A stretch of DNA of 64,000 nucleotides from Octopus sinensis (lineage: Eukaryota), in contig NC_043006.1 of the NCBI RefSeq assembly GCF_006345805.1, positions 80,104,001 to 80,168,000 of the forward strand, written 5' to 3'. Position 1 is the first letter of the stretch. Every line of letters starts with the position of its first letter. A program made the translations under genes and the position numbers. Positions 55,020-64,000 of this stretch are shown piece by piece. The notes below the pieces were generated by a model. The model was not told the DNA's origin, ran no database searches, and worked only from the letters and a program-made list of their open reading frames with translations.

Positions 55020-55510
55020 AGGTACCTTCAGAGTCAATAAGGTTGTTGTGTAGCCCCTGTCCACGAGGATTGTTCCCACTTTTCATCCCCATACCAAAAC
55101 CTTTATTACAGGCAGTCAATGGAGGAGCCCCTCTATTTGGTTGACAGGGAAGTTACCGACACAATAAATATCCTTTCCTTTTTTTTCCACATTGTAATGG
55201 ATTACTATTTGACCAACATGGACACAACAGCTCTACAATGTTCCCCGGTTTCGCATTTTACTACTTGCCGCTTAGCTGCCCTGGGCTCCGCCAACACCAT
55301 CCCCGCAATATCATGAGTGACATTCTGCGTCTGTACTATTGTTCTGTCTAACAGGTTGTCCACTGTTATGAACCCCATGTCCAGCAGCGGCCCCACCTTC
55401 ATTGGGATATGGTCGGGAAAACCTGTCATACTTCGCCAGTTCTCGGATTCCCTCAGTTGTTTCGCCGGAAAACTCGGCCATTCAGATTCTATTGTATTCA
55501 ATATTCTACA
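55020..55510 (-). mobile_element. Possible LTR-retrotransposon gag/protease relic
   Basis: GC-richer island; the minus strand gives TILVDRGYTTTL (DTG-like), preceded by a decayed Cys/His knuckle-like stretch. Confidence 0.3.
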
Positions 55511-55707
55511 TTAAATTATATTTATCTATCACTGAATGGAGTACAGTTTTGTCTATCCTTCTTATAACGAAACATTAAACTATATATATTTATATATATA
55601 ATATTAATTAGAGACAAAACCACTATTTTGCAAATCAAACAAAGAAAGACTTAATCCAATACATAAAAAAATTTTAATATAAATTTTATATATATACATA
55701 CATATAT

Positions 55708-55895
55708 AGGGAGAGTTTACGAAAAAACAAAAGACGAAGACAGGTGATGTACCAAACAAACAGATGTATTAGTATAACGCCCAGGAATAGAAAAAGTCTT
55801 TTACGTTTTGAGCTACGCACTTCTACAGAAAGGGAAACAGAAAAAACAAGGAGAGAAAAAAAATGTGTGTAGTGGCTAACGATCTATCATGGCGT
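55708..55895 (-). mobile_element. Short non-autonomous repeat (family of 53150)
   Basis: Reverse complement of 53150-53295; abuts (TA)n. Confidence 0.75.
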
Positions 55896-56262
55896 CTGAT
55901 AGATCTATCATATATATATATATAACGTAATTATATTCAGTCGAATTAGGTACTTAAATAGAGGTACCTTGCTAGGACGAACTTATTTGCACACTCAGAC
56001 AATATTAGGTGATTATTAAACTCTACATGCAAATTTTCACCCGTTATTCATGCAGTGTATGCAGATAGCACGTTCCAACTTAGTGAATAAATCCGCCCTT
56101 GTTTGTTCGGACATGTACTTTATATACAGATATTTTCCAGATACTTCCGAAGTGCAGATTCCAGGTTAGGTGAGTAAAATATAAATTAGTAACAGAGATG
56201 TACTAGTTTCAATTCAGTATGACCGTTTCAAGCGACTCCTTTCGAGAAGACGCTCGAAACAG

Positions 56263-56390
<128 letters not shown>

Positions 56391-56412
56391 ATATATATGT
56401 ATATATACATAC

Positions 56413-56477
<65 letters not shown>

Positions 56478-56873
56478 AATAAGAAAATTGAGGAACAAAT
56501 TCATTTCGATCATCAACTTACGGATATTACAATTTCACATTATTTATTAATTATACAAATAGGAACACGAAAATCGAACAAAACAATATACATCAATATG
56601 CTATTTAATAATAAAATAAAAATAAAACAAATAAACTCCTTACAGCTGTTTCAGCCTATAGTCAAGAGACAATCCAACTTAAATTGCCTATAGATGCCAT
56701 TGTAATATAGTCCTAGGCATTAAAGATTATATTTGTCTGTTTAAATAACCAAAGGCCTCGTCAGAGGATATACAAAATTATAATAATAATATTGATATAT
56801 AAAAAACATGCTTCCCATACTATCCAATAAAAACAAGAAAATAAATAATAAGACAGATATTCAGAATACATAC

Positions 56874-56976
<103 letters not shown>

Positions 56977-57673
56977 AACACATATATACATATAAAATAT
57001 ACAAATATACATACATATACACACATAGGCTAATCGTACATATTAATCACATGTGCAAAAAACATAAAGAACAACATTGAACAGTATATCGCATTACATT
57101 GGATTATCATGCTTCGTATAGCTCAGTAAATGCATCCTAACGTAATATACTACCATTTTTAACAAAACCAACAGTAACGTTGTTTTAACAGTAATACTAA
57201 ACAACGTAAACAAAATTCATGAAACAAGGTACCAAGTATAAATGTTCACACATGCACATATATATATATATACATATACACAATCAAGATATTTGCGTAT
57301 GAATATATTATACAAACATAATCGAAATAATACTTGACGCATCCGCTAACACGAATAGGTTAAATTCTAGGATCCAAAACATTCAGTCCGAATTACAAGT
57401 CCAGGTAAAGTCAGTTCCACAAAATATAAGTCCCCGTTATATGCATATTAGATTTCATAGTGTTTACATTCCTGTTATATGGATAGCAAAGTTAATACGT
57501 CCGCATAATCAAATTTAATTTTAAAAAACTTAGTAGTAACTTAAACTCCATGTCCAAGTTAAATTTAGTCCGAGGTTTGCGTTAAAGTATGGATATTAAA
57601 TATATAAAGATATTTAAAATTGTACTGGGGGTTAGGGAGCAGTCATTTGAAATATTGGCTATCTACCCAATGC

Positions 57674-57715
<42 letters not shown>

Positions 57716-57905
57716 ATCCAATAATCCAAACAAGAAAGCACAAAAAACACAACAACGCGAGGACGTGGAACAAATATAGTATTATTGGACGCTCAGGAAA
57801 GAAGGAAAGAAGGAGGTTTTAACGTTTCGAGCGGAGCTCTTCGTCGGAAACATAGGAGAAGGAAAGATCCTGAGAAGGGAAGACAGAGGAAAAAAATCGC
57901 CAACA

Positions 57906-57992
<87 letters not shown>

Positions 57993-58001
57993 ATATATAT
58001 A

Positions 58002-58047
<46 letters not shown>

Positions 58048-58699
58048 AAAAAGGAAGATACACAGCTAATTAAATTTTAACCCCGGGACTACATACAAAC
58101 AAGTCTTGTTCACTCTCCTACCAGACAGATTAAGCTTGGAGCACCTTGATTATAACTAACCATATTCACTCAACCTTGGTCTACTGTTTAGGCACAAAAT
58201 ATACTGTCACGTGACACTAAGGCACGGACATAGCGGGAGACGTACAAAAGGTTATAAACTTAATCATGTGTTCATTCTCTACAACCATTTGACAGGATAC
58301 ATTCAGAGCATTCATTGTTTGGACATGTTCAGTCAACCGTGTCAGCCTTAACTTACGACGCCAAACATTGTCACTTGACACAGACGAAGCGGGGAATTTA
58401 CATTTCTAAGAACAGTCATGTGACCATCCTCTACCACTGAAATCCTATTCAAAGCATATTAATTTCAACCATGAACTCCCTATAAAAATAAGGCAAGCTT
58501 CAAATACTAGTCAGAACCAAAACAGCTGCGGCATAAGCCACCTCTTTCTATTTGAAGTTTTTGAAAATCAGTGTCAACTGTGAAACCGGTTAAAGCTTCA
58601 AATATATTAATAAAAATATTTTAACTGTTTTCAGTGCATTTTCAACTTCTATTTTTCATATATTTCTACCCGTGTGGAATAAGACAACTTTGTTTTCTG

Positions 58700-58808
<109 letters not shown>

Positions 58809-58849
58809 AGATTAGTGACAGGTGTTCTCAGTATAGAATACACTTCGTA

Positions 58850-58913
58850 GTGTTCAAGAGATTTAAACTTGAGCGGCAGAGGAGTTCATGTAATGAGAAT
58901 CAAGTTAGGCAAG

Positions 58914-58954
<41 letters not shown>

Positions 58955-59170
58955 TGTTAAATATATTTAATACCAAAAATGTACATATGTATACATATAA
59001 AAAAAGTCCAACTTAGAATGGAAATGATATCAAGAATTAAAGGTTTATTTAGGAGTTTTACAAGTCCAACAACCGCTTCTGGGGACTTGGTGGCCCAAAA
59101 TAATGTTTGTCACTTGATTCCATCATCGGATATCACCAGTCTACATCTTCAGGGAAGAATTTTACATTTG
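58850..59170 (-). mobile_element. PLE terminal-repeat fragment (family of 23735)
   Basis: GTTCAAGAGATTT.AACTTGAGC...CTTGA.TCCATCATCGGATA shared with 23735-24020. Confidence 0.7.
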
Positions 59171-59760
59171 AGCTGTTGAGAGAATGGTGATTAAAGATGG
59201 TATCCACCACGTCTAACACAGCATCCTAATTGTCTCTTCTAAAAGACGCAAAACTTGGACCCATGATCTACCCCAATGAACCCAAACCCAACCCACCTAG
59301 TTACAGTAATACAACCTTTAAAGACCCTACCCGAGTCAATAACACAAACTTTAATGCTACTCTCTATAGTACTATCCATATGACCACACTTACCAGAGGT
59401 GATACTCCCTCCCAATCCAATATTCTTACTGATAATACATCCCGTTCTTCTTTGGGACAATGGACAATAAGAACCTGACCTTCGCCGGGATCAATTCCAA
59501 ACCCATTGCAGGCGGGAAAACCTGCACCTGTTAGATATCTCAACCTTGCCCTCTTGGAGTCTTCTGTTTATGCAAAAATTTAGTCTACAAATTCCGGGCA
59601 GTAACATCATGCTCCCATTAATAAGGTTCTACATTGGCGGCACTGTTGGCGGCACTGATGATTTCAAGCGCCGCTGCAGAGCACTCATGAAACCTTTCTC
59701 TAATCCAACTTCTAAATTATCTACCACTTTAACAATTTATATACACAACCAATATATATA

Positions 59761-60161
59761 GGCGCAGGAGTGGCTGTGTGGTAAGTAGCTTGTTTACCAA
59801 CCACATGGTTCCGGGTTCAGTCCCACTGCCTGGCACCTTGGGCAAGTGTCTTTTACTATAGCCTCGGGCCGACCAAAGCCTTGTGAGTGGATTTGGTAGA
59901 CGGAAACTGAAAGAAGCCCGTCGTATATATGTATATATATGTATATATATGTGTGCGTGTATGTTTGTGTTTGTCCCTCTAGCATTGCTTGACAACCGAT
60001 GCTGGTGTGTTTAGTGGTTCTGCAAAAGAGACCGATAGAATAAGTACTGGGCTTACAAAGAATAAGTCCCGGAGTCGAGTTGCTCGATTAAAAGGCGGTG
60101 CTCCAGCATGGCCGCAGTCAAATGACTGAAACAAGTAAAAGAGTAAAAGAGAGTAAGAGTA
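59761..60161 (+). mobile_element. Full-length family-A SINE
   Basis: GGCGCAGGAGTGGCTGTGTGGTAAG head, B box and (AAAGAGTA)n tail. Confidence 0.92.
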
Positions 60162-60560
60162 ACCTCAAATCCTACAAAATTCCCTATACCCCACCCTGGT
60201 TCATTGTTAGCCTGTATATTTGTATGTGTACGTTACGTTGTTTATATTTCTATACGTAGCTATAGAAAGTCCAAAATTACACAGGATTACATTAACGGCA
60301 TATACACAGGGACTTCTTTTCGAGTAACGTCTACGCATCCTCTATCTCTGCCTGTCTGTCTCTTTTTTCTTTTTTTCTCCCTCTCTTTACCACTTGAAAC
60401 GGAAAAAGATCTTGAAGACAAACTTCACCGCCTTGGCAAAATTCTTCATTCATAAATATTTATAAACATCTCTAAATCGGCAAGTATTTGTAAATATTTA
60501 TAATTTCATTTATTTTATATTGAGCATTCTTTAAACAGACAATATTTTCAAGCTTTCTTT

Positions 60561-60942
60561 GGATCTTTTCGGTTTGAACGGCAGTTTTTCTAGCGGTGTC
60601 ATATGAAATTGTCACCCATAATTATGACCCTATTATCGATCTATTGCATTTCAATCTGTTTTAGGGTTAGGGTTAGGAGTGGAGGAAGGGTATCTTTTTT
60701 TTCTTCAGAAATGTAAATAAACCCAATCTGTTTCTTAAACGAGGGACATATTCATACGGCACAGAATGCTTTTTAATTCAATAGACGTCACTGATTGGTT
60801 GAAATTGCAGAAATTGAAGAAAAATAACAACAAATATCTTACAAACTATAGAATTTTCTCAATAAAGCCAAGAGAAAAAGATGTTTTATAAACACATTCT
60901 ACCAGTATACGAAGTTTAAAAGTGTTTAGTTACCTAGTTAAA
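60561..60942. mobile_element. MITE with a GGATCTTTTC terminus (related to the 62113 element)
   Basis: GGATCTTTTCGGTTTGA.CGGCAGTTTTT also occurs at 63859; 60836-60936 is the reverse complement of 63899-64000. Confidence 0.7.
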
Positions 60943-61034
60943 AGGGCCAATGAAACAAAACCATTTTCAAATGTGTATATATCAAAGTAATTGCATATTT
61001 ATGCATGTAACCATATTTTGTTCCATTCTAAACC

Positions 61035-61080
61035 AAAACTGTCCGACGAACGGAATCTTGAAACTCTGACTAACAGTTTT
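61035..61080 (+). ncRNA. Degenerate type-I hammerhead motif
   Basis: AAAACUGU CCGACGA ACGGAAUCUU GAAA CUCUGAC UA ACAGUUUU: 8-bp stem I, with a core U4-to-C change. Confidence 0.5.
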
Positions 61081-61184
61081 TATGATGTTTTTGCTATTTT
61101 ATTAATAAAGCATATTACTCTACTTCCGGTATTCGAGTACTATTTTTTCCACCTTGTTTCACATTTATGTGCTTACTCTGGTAT

Positions 61185-61294
<110 letters not shown>

Positions 61295-61300
61295 CAATTC

Positions 61301-61576
61301 ATAATTATAATTAAGGGTACAAGACAGTACCAACGTTGCTAGAAACAAGAGTCGAAAAATACTCAAATGTCATTGATAATTTAACATGCTGACGAAATTG
61401 AGGAGAAATAAGAGTAATATCACAAAGTTCGAAATCACGTGATATAAGTTGGATTTTTATTCGCTTATCGATTTCGTCAACGTGTTTAATTTTCAATGAT
61501 ATTGTGGCTTGGAGAATTTTTTTACTGTTATTTCTAGCAACGCTGGTAATATCTTGTACCCTTAATTATAATTATA
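61301..61576. repeat. Fold-back element with ~100-bp arms
   Basis: ATAATTATAATTAAGGGTACAAGA...GTTGCTAGAAA pairs with its reverse complement at 61530-61576; inner GACGAAAT/ATTTCGTC. Confidence 0.8.
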
Positions 61577-61999
61577 AACTTATGAATTTTCCTTCTTGGT
61601 TTTATGCTTGTTAGTCACTTATATTACTACCATTTATTAGTAATATTACCTTTATATATCTATTTTAATAATGAGCTTGTTTGTAAGTTTTCCAAAATCA
61701 CGCAATAAGGGAGTAACAGAGTTAAGTAAGAGTAAAAAAAAAGGAAGAGATAAAATGGCAATAACAATAAGAGAGAGAGAGAGAGTGGTATCAAACAGTA
61801 CCTCTCGCTCTCGCTCTCTCGCTCTCGCTCTCTCGCTCTCGCTCTCTCGCTCTCGCTCTCTCGCTATCACTCTCTCTCTCTCTCTCTCTCTCGCTCTCTT
61901 AACAAAAGCCTTTTCACTTTATTGATGAACGCTGCCTCTCTCTCTTTCTCTCACTCTCGCTCTCTATATATCAACAGACACACACACTCTTACTTTTTC

Positions 62000-62037
<38 letters not shown>

Positions 62038-62112
62038 CCACAACAACATTTTCATTTTTATTCGAGGAACGCTGTTTTTTTTTCCTGGTAAACATAAATA
62101 ACAATATTGTTG

Positions 62113-62344
62113 GGATCTTTTCCTTTTGATGGACGGAATTTTCTAGTTAACTAAACAATTTGAAACTTCGTATACTGGTAGAATGTGTCAAAAGAAAACA
62201 TTGTAAACAAAATTGAAAACAAAATTGTAACTTGTAAGTTTAACGTAGTTTAATTCTTCTAATTTTAACCAATGAAATGCCAGCATTTGAGCTGAAATCA
62301 TTTGCTGCGTCTAAAAACTCAGACAATATCCTGTTGCAACGTAA

Positions 62345-62417
<73 letters not shown>

Positions 62418-63081
62418 CACGCGCGTGTTATTCATCCTTCTCTCTTCTGTCTGTTTGATAAACAAAGGCGGAAGGAGGAGGCATGTGCTAGAAATAACAG
62501 CTATATCTCTTAAATCGATGAATTTCGTCGCCCAATAAAAATATTAACGATATTTTTTTATATTTTCTTTATTTTTTTACCGAAAAGGCTTCTCCCATGG
62601 TTGAAGGGCCAGAAACAACAAAAACAAAACAATAATATGCCTAAATTGGTCTAGAGGGTGCGCGTGGAGTGTGGGTCGTATTGTAAAAATTTGCGAAATA
62701 TTTTTTCATAAAAGGATACCCCAGCTTGTCGGAGGCTGTGATATAAATTGGGAAAAAAATCCTCGACACCAGTGCGTAATTGGTACTTAATTTATCGACC
62801 CCGAAACGATGAAACATTGACACCCCCCCTTCTGGTTTATTTACCTTTTGTGTAAATTTGTTGCGGCAAGGGGCAAAATACAGAGGGGACAAAGCATGAG
62901 ATACAAAAGTATTAAGTCGATTCTATCGACACCAGTGCGAACTCACGAACGTGTATGTATGCTTGTGTGCGTATGTGTGTGTATGTATATCTCCGTTTGT
63001 ATGTGTGTGTACGCTTATATATTAATTACTATGTGCTTGTGCAAATGTATATCCATGTGTTTGAGAGAGAGAGAGAGAGTG

Positions 63082-63120
<39 letters not shown>

Positions 63121-63404
63121 AAGTGTACGTGTGTATGTATCTGAATATATGTGTGTGTGTGTATGCGGCGTGCGTCTGCTATGTTTGTTTATCAATATCG
63201 ATAACGCAGCAAATGATTTCAGCTCAAATGCTGGTATTTCATTGGTTAAAATTCGAAAAATTAAACTACGTTAAACTTACAAATTACAATTTTGTTTTCA
63301 ATTTTGTTTACAATATTGTTTTCTTTTGACACATTCCAACAGTATACGAAGTTTCAAATTGTTTAGTTAACTAGAAATTTCCGTCCATCAAAAGGAAAAG
63401 ATCC
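62113..63404. mobile_element. Non-autonomous DNA transposon with ~200-bp TIRs and 8-bp TSD (Merlin-like)
   Basis: 62113-62310 is the reverse complement of 63203-63404 (GGATC...GATCC); TATTGTTG at 62105-62112 and 63405-63412. Confidence 0.85.
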
Positions 63405-63858
63405 TATTGTTGTATTTAGGAATGGTAATTTTACCAGTTTAGCCAAAAACACACGCACTATATATTTGGTGCTACTTTGCTTCAGTATTATTTACTTTTT
63501 ACATTAATCTTAATCTTATTTGGCTAAAATGGAAAAATGACCATTCCTAAATACAACAATATCTGTTTCAACACACGATTTCGCATCAAAAATCTTGCAA
63601 AACAAATATATAAACGTAATAAATAACAATATTGTTATTTATATATAAGATAAGTAAATAAAATTTTTGCACCTCAAAACTATTTTTTCTGTATCTATAA
63701 GGTTGTTTGACTGTTCTGGAAATTTTTTCTGCTTAAAAAGTTGCAAAGTGAATAGAATATAAGATAAGTAAACAAGTATTCATAAAATTAAAATATTATC
63801 TATTGAAAGAGAGCTTGAAAATATTGTCTGTTTAAAGAATGCTCAATATAAAATGAAT

Positions 63859-64000
63859 GGGATCTTTTCGGTTTGACCGGCAGTTTTTAACATAATTTCT
63901 AGGTAACTAAACACTTTTAAACTTCGTATACTGGTAGAATGTGTTTATAAAACATCTTTTTCTCTTGGCTTTATTGAGAAAATTCTATAGTTTGTAAGAT
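63859..64000. mobile_element. GGATC-terminus MITE running off the window end
   Basis: Inverted copy of 60836-60942. Confidence 0.7.

Overview
This is AT-rich, microsatellite-dense eukaryotic (animal) genomic DNA. The tRNA-derived SINE families and the (TA)n/(CA)n/(TATG)n load resemble an octopus/cephalopod genome (inference). The only credible protein-coding genes are three paralogous class-B (secretin/Methuselah-like, no GAIN/GPS domain) GPCRs, each with an uninterrupted CDS: 16146-18242 (+), 31296-33338 (-) and 48290-50329 (-). Each has a signal peptide, a somatomedin-B-like Cys cluster, a Cys-rich ectodomain and 7 TM helices. The three share a conserved upstream splice acceptor and leader, and show gene-conversion mosaicism (a 137-nt tract identical between genes 1 and 2) beside a hypervariable loop. 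A ~1-kb non-coding block lies upstream of genes 2 and 3 and has a third, orphan copy at 26.3-27.3 kb. The rest is transposon debris: mariner/maT, R4-like, RTE and CR1-like LINE fragments, three SINE families and a Merlin-like foldback element. Most striking are the many Penelope-like element (PLE) remnants and short non-coding derivatives carrying type-I hammerhead-ribozyme (HHR) motifs, over a dozen recognisable and a few nearly intact, often arranged as fold-backs or terminally redundant units inside (TA)n arrays. All long ORFs made of microsatellite translations are spurious.
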